DNA of 64,000 bases from Takakia lepidozioides (Eukaryota; Plantae; Bryophyta). The notes under the pieces were generated by a model that was given only the letters and a program-made list of their open reading frames with translations, made no database searches and was not told the origin of the DNA. Positions 1 to 12,784 of this stretch are shown piece by piece (within the stretch, counting starts at the first letter, position 1; each line of letters starts with the position of its first letter). The translations under genes and the position numbers were made by a program. The stretch lies in contig CM060732.1 of NCBI GenBank assembly GCA_030704615.1, forward strand, positions 42,656,001-42,720,000. The letters are read 5' to 3'.

Positions 1-859
1 ATATTCCGCTACAGTCATTCTATTTTTCCTATTTATGTCTATCAGTAGAGACTAAGGATCGTTGACATTCATTTCGACGTTCTGTCTTTTTTCGCAATGG
101 ATTCCTTATCATCTGGTCTTAAAATCTTTCTCTGTCACAAAACGTCGAGGGTTGTAGTTGCAACTGGCAACTGCCTGAATGTGACTAGTCTTCTCAGTGT
201 CATGGGCGTCCATGACCTCATCAACAATTAGTGTGATAATCACTATATTTGATAATGGCTATGAGACGATGCAATTGCCAAATCTTCATATGGATGTAGA
301 CATACTAACTGAGGCTCTTGGGACACCTGTCATGTGGGATTTGTGTGACATCTCTTTGGACTATCCTACCTCTAGTCCAGAATGTCTTTTCTCGTCCGAA
401 GATGGAAATGGATCAGAAGAATCCGTGGATGGAGAAAATTCTCAGAGCCCTCTTGGAAGAAGTAATTGGGAAAATTGTATGTGTATCATCTTAACGGAAG
501 AAGACGGTGACATCTACGAGAGAAGAATACACGAATGCATTCCGGACGAGGTGATACTTTGTGACAAACTCGGGGAGGATTATGTTGGTGTTCTCATTAC
601 CAGGGTGCTAGTGGGAGGATGTTGATCTCTCATGTCCATTGTCAAGTGACCTTTGATTAGAACAAAATTCTTGCAAAATGGAAGGTCGCTTTCGAAATAT
701 CTACAAAATTGATGGCTAATGAGCCGGAGGATGGTGAGTATGGTATCAAAAATGTTACTCTCGTTATAAGAAAGCTCTTGACAAACATTTAAAACATCAA
801 GAGTCTTGCCGGAGATTCTACCATAGTTGGAGGAATGAATCAGTTATGATGCCAACATA

Positions 860-2470
860 ATTCTTATGCATCATTCATGATAAGATGGATCATCGAAAAA
901 CTGCTCTTCCACGTTTGTAAACAACGAACAAGATGATTTCAGGCTTGGGGCAGCTTCCAGTGTTTATGGCGGGTATCGTTACTCACGGTCACGGAGATGA
1001 CGCATACGCTCAATATTTGATGGATTTTTGGCCAGCAGATCCCAACTTCGTTATATGATCTTTGGCTAGAATTTTGCGACAATTGGAGAAACCAACACGT
1101 CGTGAATCAATGGCCCTTTTTGACAACCCCATGCAAACTGATTTCTTTGAAGTCATAATGAGAGGAATATCCAGGTGTTTCGATGTTTTGAAGTCTTGTT
1201 CTGAAAATGATAAGAAATGAGCGCTTCCATTACCACGAAGATTGTATCTACAAATGGACAATTGTGTCAAAGACAACAAGAATATGTGGATGTTAGCGTT
1301 CTTATTACTGCTTACTGCAAGAGGGATGTTCGAAGAAATTCAACTTGGTTTCCTCATGGTTGGCCGTACGCATAAGGACATTGATGCTTATTTTAGTTAC
1401 CTTTTGAAGAAATTGAAAGAGAACAGCACCTATGTTCTTTCCGATCTCATGAAAAAATTCATGGTATCTCAAGACCTACAGTTCATTCCGCAAATAATTC
1501 AAGAAGTTCTAGAGTTCAAGGATTTTGTCGATGGCTTTATTTTGGAGGGGAATGAGGCTTTGGTTGGAGCTACGGAAATGTACATTTTTTTCGGTTTTTT
1601 GTTGATTCGGATGGTTGGCCTCTAATGCAATACAAAAAATCTGCAACAGATTCCGATTGGCTTCCAAAAAATGGCAATGTCAAAATGTGGAAAACCAAAG
1701 ACGATGGTTCTCCAATGCTTCCAGTTTGATAGCCGAAACCGCTCCGTAAGAGACATATTTGGGGAAATGGCGAGGAAGCATCGGAGAAACAATCTTGCAT
1801 CAAGTCCAGTATTAAAAAGTACATAGATTTTTGGAAAAAATGGACGCTCTTCGATGATCAATATGGAAATATCATGAAACAATATGATCAATATTGGGCG
1901 GATATTCTTGAAGAACTTGACCTTCCGTTGGAGGAGCCAAATGACGAACTTATCGAAGGATTTTGGCCAGTAACAAAATGGGTCGAGCACCACAGGAGAG
2001 GCGGTGTTCATCGACAATCTCAAGACGCATTGTCCAATAATGAAGATATTGTGGAACCGTATTGTGGGCCGAGATGTGACCGTCCGAAAATACCGTTGAA
2101 TCCATTCAAGGATATTGAGAAGAGATTCTTTGTCCTTGTTCCTCCAAATGATACGGAGACTTTTCCTGTTTGGATGTGAATGACAATATCGGATGTTGTA
2201 CGAGATAGAGAAGATCACAATTACAAAAAGCTTCTTGTAGAGTGGTGAGACTGAAGAAATGAGACAATCCTATATATGCGGATAGATACAAAGATTGTTA
2301 GTCCAAAAATTGGGAGTAACCCAATGGATCCCGCTCAATGGATTCATGTTGACAATGTAGTGTGGACAATGTCACTGAGAAAAAATAAGCAAGCACATAA
2401 AAGATAACTGCTCGAGAGGCGGACAATGCTAGAGCAAATTTGGAATTAGCAAATCATCAAGATAATGAAA
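860..2470 (+). mobile_element. Degenerate DUF7869/Sola-like DDD transposase relic
   Basis: Manual translation gives LCIIHDKMDHRKTALPRL...HGHGD (~865-1010), LQMDNCVKDNKN and FLMVGRTHKDIDAYFS (ORF 1242-1625). These match the D..DNC..NKN..GHTH.D pattern. Multiple stops and frameshifts. The upstream ORF 197-625 probably belongs to the same element. Confidence 0.65.
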
Positions 2471-2819
2471 ACTAAAATGGTATGAATGCAGACAACTCTC
2501 CAACTTTCTTGTTTTCTTGTAATGTTTTAAATCTCAATGACTTTGACTGATGGATAAAAAATAATTGTTTTACTCAATTATAATGTTGTTCATTCTTCTA
2601 GCCAAATTTGGACCACCTTCAATAAATTTTGTATGAATAAATTTTGTTACAGTGGTTGAGATTTAAAAAAAAACCTTTGCTTAGTAATACTTGCAAGTTT
2701 CTATATAACCTCATAATTTTATTTTATTTATTTTATTTATTTATGGATTGGTTTGGATTTTTTAATGACATTTTTATAGGTCTCTTTTTATAGGTACTCT
2801 TTCATACTATTTTTTTATT

Positions 2820-4870
2820 ATCTAATATACTTTAGCTTAGCCTAAGCCCAATACCACAAAAATATCTTTGTAATGTTTGAAGCTTGAGACTCGGAATTAA
2901 TTGTTTTTCTAACTTTGAGGTTGCATACTAGAGTGGTTGGAATATTTAATTGAAAATTTATATAGGTCCTAAATACTCTCCCATCACCCCTATCATTCAT
3001 ACTTTTGCCGGAGACTTAAACCTATAGTCTTAACCCTGTAGCCTAAAACGTAATTGCTACATTTGAAGCTCAATTAATTGCATTTTCCAGCTTACATGTC
3101 TGACAAAGTCATCGAGATATTTACTTGGAAATTCTTACTCTTCCATATATATTTTTAAATTTGAAGTACTTTTGTTTATCCGAAACCCTAGTATACCGCA
3201 AAACTTCATTCAAATGTTTGAAGTTCATTCAAATCAATTTTTGAGCTTTGGGTATAATACAAATTACAATGGCTAGAATATTATATTGATTTGATTGTTG
3301 AATATTTTTAAAAATTATAGGTCCTAAACATTCATGCATATTTTTATGTGGTTCATACTTTTATTTCTTATAAACTTTATGCCCCTAAAAACTTATATCC
3401 ATGTTTGAAGCTTCTTAAGAAAACAAATTTCTACTTTGGAATACAATGCATTCAAGGTTGGGATATTTGATTGAAAGTTTTTATAGGACCTCGTACACAA
3501 ACTATCTCTTCCATATTAGCTTCTTATTGATAATTTTGTCCACCTCATATCCATGTTTGAAGCCCAAGTCCCGTTTTTGTTTTTTTGTTTTGTTTTTGTT
3601 TTCCCTCCCATTTCTCAAATTTTCAGCTTTGGGATACAATAGAGTGGGGACGTGGTCGGAATAAATTTTAATCCCAAAATGTATAAGATTGAATTAGCTC
3701 ATTAAAATAATTGCTTAGTACTACTTGATAGCAATTTTCCTTATAAGCACTTTTCAACGCTTTGTTATATATATATATTTGGCTAGTACTAAGCTTTGGG
3801 GACTTAGTCCATAGAATTTTCCGATATTTAATTGAGAGATTTTATATGTCTTAATTACTCTTAATTTGTTTGTCATTGAATAGTAGTAACTTTGCTTACC
3901 CTAAATCCTAGTATGTCACCCTAAAAATCTTTTTTGATTGTTTGAAGCTCATTATTTTTTTTCCCCCATTGACTCATTTTTAATAAGATAAAGTGGTCTA
4001 GATTTTTAATTGAGATTTTTGTAGATCATAAGTTCCATTCTTTTATATTTGTTCTTACCTATACTTTAGCTTAATAGCCTAAGCCCAGTACCCCAAAAAT
4101 ATATTTGTAATGTTTGAAGCTCACTCAAAAATTTCTTTTCTAACTTTGGGGTTGCATACTACTAAGGGTTGTTGGATATATTTAATGAAATTTTGTATTG
4201 GTCCTAAACAGTATCACATTATTTGTATCATTCACACTTTTGCTTGTTCTAAACCCTAGTATATCCTAAAACGTCATTTGAAGCTCATTGATTCAATTTA
4301 TTCTAGCTTATATGTATGATAGAATCATTGGGATATTTACTCGAAAATTCTTATATGATCTACACACTCGTCCATATTTTGTACTTGATAGTACTTTTAC
4401 CTCTCCAAACCCCTATACCCTAAACCTCATTCAAATATTTGAAGTTCATTCAAATCATTTTTCCAGCTTTGGGTATAATACAATTATGGTTAAAATATTA
4501 CTTGATTGAACGTTTTTATAGGTCATAAAATTTCCTGCATATTTGTGTGATTCATACTTATAATTTTTCTAAAACTTTATGCTCATAAAACCTTATATCT
4601 ATGTTGGAAGCTCGTTAAAAAAACACATTCTTACTTTGGGATACAATGTATTCAAAGTTGAGATATTTGATTGAAACTTCTTATAGGTTCGATGCACTAT
4701 TGTTTTTTTTTTCCCCCTCTTCATATTTTTTTCTTATCCTAAACCCTACAATACCTCGAAACCTCATATCCCAAAGCGAGTCATTGAAAAAATAAATGTA
4801 CTTAGCTTTCAACTTTGGAGTACATTGATATTTTGGTTTGGAAAAATTATTTCGATTAAAAATGTCTAGA
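2820..4870. repeat. AT-rich degenerate satellite (~170-bp unit) with a ~1.23-kb higher-order duplication
   Basis: Recurring AAACCCTA...TGTTTGAAGCTC...AGCTTTGGG motif; 2830-3480 aligns by eye with 4060-4690. Confidence 0.7.
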
Positions 4871-5634
4871 AGTTCCATAGGTTCCATACATTTTTTCACA
4901 TTTTATTAATGTTGATTCGGATTTCTCATGCGAGTAAGACTTTTTTATTTCGTTGTACCGTTTTGATTTTGAATACCTTTTAGTTCGCCTTCGGGCCTTG
5001 TATTCATGTGTTAGTATTAATAAATTTATATCCGTGGTTACTTTTTTGCAAGAGTCAATTTGGATTTGAGACCGACATTCCTTTTTTTTACAAAACAAAG
5101 TATTTTGTCTAAGTTCGAGTCTTCATTTTTACAAGCTACCTATCTACGCGGAGGCATTTGCAAAAACATATCTTCGTGCGACGCACACCCAGTCTTCTCA
5201 ATGTCAGCCTTATGTGTAGATATTCTAGTTTCAGGGCTAGGGTGTTTGTGGACTATATATAGTGTTTTAGTATTGGGGATAGCAGATTATTTGACAACAT
5301 GTACTGGGTAACGATGTCTCATGGATACTTGTGTTAATTAGTATATATCCTTTGCATTGGCTAAATTTGTATATCGTTCGATTTTGATGTCGACGTTTAA
5401 TGAATTGGAGTGATGCAAATTATGTTATTAATATATATCATTTGCATTGTCTGATGTATATCATTCGACTTTAATGTCGACGTTTAAGGAATTTGTAATC
5501 ATGCACAGTCACTTGAAAACTAAATCTTGATTCATTGCTTCATAATATTGTACTTATTTAATTTAAATTAAATGTAACATTATATTGAGTTTTGTCCAAA
5601 TTTAAGCCAAAAATCCAAAATTAGTTAAAATTGA

Positions 5635-6020
5635 GTTCAGTTAGTTAGTTAGTTAGTTTTGTTTTGTTTTGTTGCGTTGAGATGTCCCAAACCGCAAGGC
5701 CCCAACCCTGGGGCATCATTGGAAAGCCCTTGCTGAGGAGTGGTGCACCGGCTTGGTCTCATGATTTTTGGAACTGGAGTGTGGGAGATGTGGCATTTCA
5801 ACTACTTTTGGTCATTGGAAATTCGAGCACATTAGCATGTCTTAAAATGAGCAATATTAGACCTTTAACATAGAGAGAGCTCTCTCTCTCTCTCTCCAAT
5901 GGCCACAAGGCTACAACAAACATCGTCTTAGGAGTATATTCTCTCTCTCTCTCTCTTCAATGTTAATGGCCACAAGGCTACGGCAAACAACGTCTTATGA
6001 GTACATTCTCTATCTCTTCT
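5635..6020. repeat. Non-autonomous repeat: (TTAG)n head, (CT)n runs and a duplicated ~60-bp AATGGCCACAAGGCTAC unit
   Basis: (TTAG)n at ~5640-5657; the unit appears at ~5898 and ~5965. Confidence 0.4.
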
Positions 6021-7069
6021 CCCTGTCTCTCCCTGTCCTCTAGGAAGCCTATTGCCAAATGGGTGGACTTGATGCAGGAGTACATAAATGTCTCTATGAC
6101 TAAATGTTGGCCGTGCCCCCGTGTCTTTGTTTGTTTTGACCTGAAGCACTTTGCTTTAGGTAAGGTAGTGCATTGGATTTAGTTGGAGAGTTTGGGGCCT
6201 TTCCCTCTTTAGAATATGCCTACGCGGTCCATTCCCTGCAGCTCCCTGGGGTGTGATCTCTGAATGGTAACAAGCGGACCCCTACCGCTTGAGGGCAGCC
6301 CATCCGCCCAAATTGGGAGGTCGGATGCTCTGTCCAGCATACTCGGCTAGGGTTGGTCCTTGTGCCTTAACTAACAGCCTGCGAACTCTACCAATACGTT
6401 ACCTCTTATCAATACTACCACTCCCTAGGGTGATTCCTGGGAATTGGTTACTTATGCCAAACCTAGGGCTTCAGTGTAGTTTTTGGTGTGAATCCCAGGA
6501 TGGACGATGTGTCCTTTAAAACCACATGCTCCAGCTTAGGCTTGGATTATATGGCTAATGGTTCCATCTCGAGACTTGATAACAGAGGTACTTTGAAGGT
6601 TGCAATGCCCAAAAATGCTACTAATAGAGTCTCGCATCAATTCAATCACAGAAGTTCGTCCCTTGACTGGCTGGAGAGCAGTCTTAGACATTGGTGATTC
6701 GATGAGGTGCTCTAGGATGACAACCAAGGGCAAGGACTTCAACTTTGATGCTCTGTATGAGGTTGATTACAAGCAGTCAGACAGACAAACTGACCCTAAG
6801 TGTGCTGAGCCTGAGCATCGTGTAACTGAAGGATTTGGTACTCTGAATGGTTTACCAATCCTTAAAGTTTACACAATACAAGCAAATTCTACACATGGGG
6901 TAATTGTTCCCCCTTTGCAGACTGGTTGGCCGTCCAGGAGCAACCATAGGCTACATACAGAAACAAACAATTCACATGCAAAGGGCTGGCTTGCGGCTGG
7001 GCACTTTCAATTTCTCAGGGCTGACTAACCAAAGGAAACAACTCAAAGTGGGACGAGTTCTTCGGGCAA

Positions 7070-8210
7070 ATGATATTCTTGTCATTACAAGAAGGGCGAC
7101 AGAGAAGAACCGGGGAACTACCGAGGTATCACGCTCCTCAATGCAGTTGGCAAGATATTTTGCAGAGTTATAAGTACTCGTCTCGAGGTTGATCTGCAAT
7201 CTAGAGGTTGTTTCCATGAAGGCCAAGCTGGCTTTCGGCGAAACAGGGGCTGTGTGGATCATATGTTCACTCTAAGCCAGATTATCTAGGGAAGGAAAAA
7301 AGAAGGGAAACCCACTTTTGTTTTCTTCTTGGATGTCAAAAAGGCCTATGACACAGTGTGGAGAGACGGTCTATGGCTCCGACTCTGGTCATGTGGGATC
7401 AAGGGAAAGATGTGGAGAGTTGTCCATAACTTGTATGCTCATACCAAAAGTTGTGTCACTGTTAATGGACAGAAGTCTAACTTCTTTGACATCGACCAAG
7501 GTGTAGCTCAAGGATGTACCCTCTCCCCCCTGCTTCTCAATGTTCTCATCAATCAACTCCTCGAGGATGTGGAAATTGAGGGATTTGGGTTAAGGGTGGG
7601 TCATGCCACCATACCAGCCCTTATGTTTGCGGATGACTTCACGGGCATAGGGGAGACTCCTTCCAATCTCCAGGAGTTCAGTGTCAGTGGGGCAGCCAAG
7701 AGATTCCAGTCCTCCCTTCGTACACATACGTGGGCGTTGAGTTTTCCTCTAACTGTAATTGGGATGCACATATCAGAAAGTTGTTCAAACTGGCAAGCGC
7801 AGAGCGCTGGGTCTCACTAAAGTTTTCCACTGCAGAGGGATCAACTCTGAGGTCAAGAAAACCATGCTTTGTCGCGTTATTAGACCTGCCTTGGAGTTCG
7901 CATCTGCAATACGGGTTGATAACTCCAACCAGGCTAAGTCTCTAGAATCCATTCAAGTGGGGGTGCTTAAGGCGCGCATGTCAGCATGCTCGAGTTTGGC
8001 AACCCTTCCTTAATCTCCCGACGAGATGAATTCAAGGTCAGATGGTGGGGTCAGCTGCAACATATGTCCACCATCAGATATCCTAAGTTAATCGACTCTA
8101 TATTTCGGAAACAGGATCGCCCTATCAAACAGGCTAAGTCCTGGCAGAAGAGAGTAGAAGAGATTCTCAAGGATCTGAATCTGAATCCGCAACTCTTGCC
8201 ACATCTAGCT
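7070..8210 (+). mobile_element. Non-LTR retrotransposon (RTE/RTEX/L2-like) reverse transcriptase, degenerate
   Basis: KKGDREEPGNYRGITLL...EGQAGFR...FLDVKKAYDTVWRDGLW...GVAQGCTLSPLL...LMFADD, with stops and frameshifts. Confidence 0.9.
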
Positions 8211-8795
8211 AAACTTAGAGTAAGAGTCCATCACAGGCCACGAGTGCAGTACCTTTAGTGATAGCTCCTTAATCGGGCTCCAGGCATTCTAGGGTAAGAG
8301 GGAGAGATCCCAGCTGCATGCGGGAAAGGGGGTCTCGAATCTCGTCCAAAACCTCCCGCAGGTTAAAAACAGATCAGCAATCCCCAGCAAAGCGTGTGAA
8401 CCTCCTCCAATGAGGGCATTGGCGTCCACCACCAGCGTGCCCGCTTCGTGACCTCACGGCATTTGTAACGACCCGCGGAGGCACTGGTTGCGCGTCCTTC
8501 CGAGCAACGGCCGACCACGCCTCAAGCGCAGCAGGGGCCTCGTTCGCATCCGCCATAGCTGCTACACATGCAAACAAGAGACGGAACAACCCACAGCGAA
8601 CCGATAATTTGCGATCCTGGGCCCACAGCATTGGGGCCAGGGCATTCAACTCCCCGGGTATGTACTTCTATTACTTGGCGTAACAGGCAGTCCGCGCTCA
8701 GCATGCATAACTGAGAGTTTTGGTACTCTCAGTGGGGTCCTACAATTCGCAGCCACTCTCGTGGCAACTTGTACAAAGAGCAGCAGATCGGAGGT

Positions 8796-10773
8796 ATGGT
8801 GATGGACGGGAGATGGCCGGTTTCGGGGGGAGCGAGCTTGCCACTGCAACCGGGCAAGGGGCCCTCACCCCCAGGGGCAGCCAAGGCACATTCCTCTGGC
8901 CACGGAGAAACAGTCCCAGAAGTCGCGAAGCGGGCCCGCTTTCCTTTGAAGGCTGCTCTGACTGCTAGTGGTTTGGCCACCACTGGTGACACTGCTGCCC
9001 AGCTGTGGGATCGCTGGAAGCGACAGAAACCCCTGCAAAAACAGTCATCACTGGACCTTCCCCCTGGCAAATTGAAGCAAGTGAGTGATGAAGAAGCCCC
9101 CGTTGTCTTTTGGGTTGATTTCAGACTGACTGACCTGCAGAGATGCATTCATATGCAGTGGCGAAGAAGAGCTATATACATGGGTTCCTTAATTTCATTG
9201 TATTGATCGAGGGGACTGCCCTTGTTTATTGCTTTTCATATCTGAACCAAGTTCCTATGCATGATGGTCTGATCCTACGGAGTGACCCTCTTTCTGGTGT
9301 GATGAAAGGTATAGTAGATTGTGACTGGGTTAGCAATCAAGTGTTCCTATTTTTTGAGTCCAATGTTGTTTTGAGGTGGACCTTGTGCTGAACATGTTGG
9401 TCCTTACGTGTGCAGCCAGTGGAGGAGGCAAGTTTATTAGACCATGATTGGCAAAGGGCTCTACGAATGGCAAGCTATGGCTTTTTAATCTATGGACCTG
9501 GGTCGCAGTTGTGGTATGAAGTGTTGGACCACTTTCTTCCACAAAAGACCTTGACAAATCTGTCAGTGAAGGTATGTCTTGTCTGGGCATGAGTGGCTTG
9601 CACACTAGTGGGAATCATTGCAGCTAGGATGCATTAGGCAATGGGTATCAGAAGTTTGGGGTGGTGAGTAGTGAGTATAAACGCACACTTGTGCGCTTTA
9701 TGGGTTGAACAGCTCTGGGTATCCCGACCTCTGGGCATCTGAAGCTACTCAGTTACGGGACTCTCACATTTTCTGTCTCCTCTCTCTCCCCATGTCCAAC
9801 AGTGGCTTAGCTGTAGTCTGCTAGGATACACAGATGAAGGAGCAAGGAGGACATATAAAACACAGCAGTGTTGAGTTGTGGAATGTGTGCAGGTAGTTGC
9901 GAACCAGTTGGTGTTGGGCCCATGCGTGATTATGTTGGTGTTTGCCTGGAACAGTGCATGGGAAGGCCGCCTCAAGCACTTGCCAGAACTCTACCGCACC
10001 CGTGCTCTCTCAACTCTCCTTGATGGTGTGTATAAACTGCAAAGTTAACGGCTTTGTACTCATTTTGTAAGCAAAAATTGCTTGTACTTGGTTTAGTGTC
10101 TTGGAGTCGTCATTCTGCCTGGTTACTGTCAATGTTTCAGGAGCGTTGTTTTCCAAATGCATTGCCACTTAGAGATTACACCTGGCTTTTGTCTCAATTG
10201 GGGCATTCAGCCTAGTGTAGTTGCAGCAGCTTTAAGTGCCTATGTTGCTAGTTTAGAAGTCAAAGTTTACCAAAGATTGGAGTGCTCTATACCTGTGGTT
10301 TCAGTTGCACAAGGAGTGCTATGGGCAATTCATTGTTGTATGTTTGATGTAAGCAGGTTGGAAGTTTTGGTTCCCAGCAAGCGTCGTCAATTTTGGGTAT
10401 GTGTTCTGCTCCGATCAAAGTCCACTTTAGGTGCCATGACATCTTTCTTAGCAAAGGGTGATGAGGCCTCAATATTCCACTACTAGGCGGAAAAAACATT
10501 TTCATTTACTGTCCTCTGTCAGCTTGCTGGGCAGTAAGTTGAGGTTGGGTGGGAGCATGCAGGGTCTTACCTCTTCAAATGCGCGTAGCATTTATGTCGA
10601 CATGCTCAATATTCTGGAATTTTTACCTGTCAAACACAATGACAGCAAGCAAATCACAAGACCCAGGTTTGCATCTTATGGCACCTGAAAATTCTTCCAT
10701 TGATTTATCTGAAGCTGCTATTGGTATCTCCACATTCCTCAATGGTAAAGTAATTTCCATATTGTGCTTCTGA
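8796..10773 (+). CDS. Mpv17/PMP22 family membrane protein (At2g42770-like). Exons approx. 8796-9080, 9416-9571, 9893-10025, 10357-10396, 10563-(10666/10773)
   Basis: RFPLKAALTASGLATTGDTAAQ | HDWQRALRMASYGFLIYGPG | VVANQLVLGP..FAWN | GWKFWFPASVVNF | LPLQMRVAFMSTCSIFWNFYLS. GT-AG junctions keep the frame. The start codon and last-exon end are uncertain. Confidence 0.9.
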
Positions 10774-11503
10774 TGTCTTGTCACTGGGGGAATCACAAGA
10801 TTTTCAGTGAATAGTTCAGATATATATCAAAATTTGCATTCTGCAAATGACATGATTTTCAGAGTCAGACTGATTATAGGGTTGCATGCATGCAGGATGA
10901 GCTTTTTTGAATGGAGCATGGAAGGAGTTCAGGGCCCATTGTCAAGAGAAGCTTGGCGAGTCGACTGCATTACACTCATCATCTGAGCCTGAAGTAGTTT
11001 GATCACAGTATTCGTTGTGACAGTCAGCATGAAGGCCTCCTGTTAAACTGATGATAGAGCATGCAGGAGAATTCAACCACTAGTGCAACAGAGTTTCTTT
11101 CAAACAGCGTACTGGGAGAAATAAGCTGCCTCTTCAAAATGTAATCAGACAAAAACTCTGACATTGCATGTGTTCCAAAAATATCAACTTTGGCAAGAAA
11201 ACTGGTTGGTGATGATCAGTGGACTCCCCTCATCTCGAGATCCACTTCCTTTTCAATTGGTACATTTGCATTCGTACCTTTTCAGCACAGCTCAAGCACA
11301 AACTGCAGAGCCCTATTTATAAATTTGCATTCACTGAACTATTGCTAGTATACTGAAGTTAGGCTATCAATTCAGTTTTCTTGGGCTCAGTCAAATTAAC
11401 TGCCTCCATGTAATGGTTAGGAATTATGGTGTGCAATCCAATAGATGCGAGTAATGTACACAAAACTCCAAATGTTGCCTCTCTGCATACTAGACGTTAA
11501 CAC

Positions 11504-12784
11504 CAGTGTTGGGTGGGTATTACCTTTTTTTTTTAATACCAGCCTGTTCCAATCGTAATACCAGCCGGTTATCAACCCTGATATGAATAATTGAAATTAC
11601 AATTAAAGTAACCACCAAATCATTAATATGCCTTTAATGTAGAGGCATGCATACTTGATTTCACAAAGAAATCAAATATTCTGCTGCAAAATTCAGACTT
11701 TGCATTACATTGGTGAACGGCCAACGCCCTTTTATTAAAATAATAATAATGTTGCACATTGGCTGGTAGCTTAGCTGGTAAGTGCACAATGTGTCGCCCT
11801 GGTGGTTCGGGGTTCAAACCCACTGCCATACCCCGTGTGTGGGATTGTTCTTGATGGTATGTCTGGGCATTGATCGTCCTGTAGGTCTCCATGGCCCATA
11901 AATGAAAGGGGGTTAATTTTCCCCCTCCTCGAGGCCCTGAATTGTGGGTTGCCGCTCCCAGGTGTCCTTTCAAAAACAAAACAAAACAAAACAAGTTGCA
12001 AATCGCTAGAGGCTTTGTACATTGAAGCAACAAAGTGGTTTATAATTAAGAGCTTTTGTAGACCAATCATATTCTTGACACAGTGTAAGTTTGACCACAT
12101 TTCTCCATTGACTTCAACATGATGCAAAGTCTATGCTCTTAAGGGAGAGAGCCAACAAACAAACAAACACATACAAATACAATGATTTTTTTTAATAAAA
12201 AAATTGCAGATTTTAGTACGCAATGTGAAGCGAACTTTGTTAAAAAAAAACTGTCTGCAAGCCTCATTATCAAACATGCCAGCATCATCAATCGTATTGC
12301 CTTCTAACAAAAAGAAATCCCTGATCCCTTCCTCAACAACCTTGCAATCCGTCCGCACATCATCAGGCCAATTCTTTAAAATTAACACTAATTTGTCCGA
12401 GGTTGTTAATGCCAGGTCAACATTGCCCTACCCACATGTGCCAAAAAATGAAGTTAATGTCAGGTCAACATTGCCCTACCCACATGTGCTAAGAAATGAA
12501 AAATAGTGGCGGGCCCTTGGGGCTGGACATGCCCTGACAATGACTTGTGCACCAGCCCCCAACTTCATATGTAGATGCTATACCGCGTGTATAGTCCTTG
12601 TTTTTGCCCATAATATGGGTATTGCACGGGTATTGCCTTTGTCAACAACAGCCTATGTAGGGTATTGACCTAGGTATTGGAATTGTCAATACCATGCGGT
12701 TTGGTTATTAACCCTAGTGTTACAACAACCAATACCAGCCGGGTCGGTTATTTAATACCCTAGTTGATACCCAGCCAAGCCCTA
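11504..12784 (-). mobile_element. hAT-like non-autonomous element with a transposase C-terminal remnant
   Basis: Imperfect TIRs CAGTGTTGGGTGGGTATT / GATACCCAGCCAAGCCCTA, subterminal AATACC/GGTATT repeats, and ORF 12131-12388 LILKNWPDDVRTDC resembling a hAT C-terminus. No clean TSD. Confidence 0.55.
11761..11994 (+). mobile_element. tRNA-derived SINE nested in the hAT relic
   Basis: A-box TAGCTTAGCTGG, B-box GGTTCAAACCC, (AAAAC)n tail, and a TSD-like GTTGCACAT / GTTGCAAAT pair. Confidence 0.75.

Noticed and set aside
11761-11835. tRNA gene
   Set aside because: A and B boxes are present, but there is no proper acceptor stem and the sequence continues into a body and A-rich tail, so it is a SINE.
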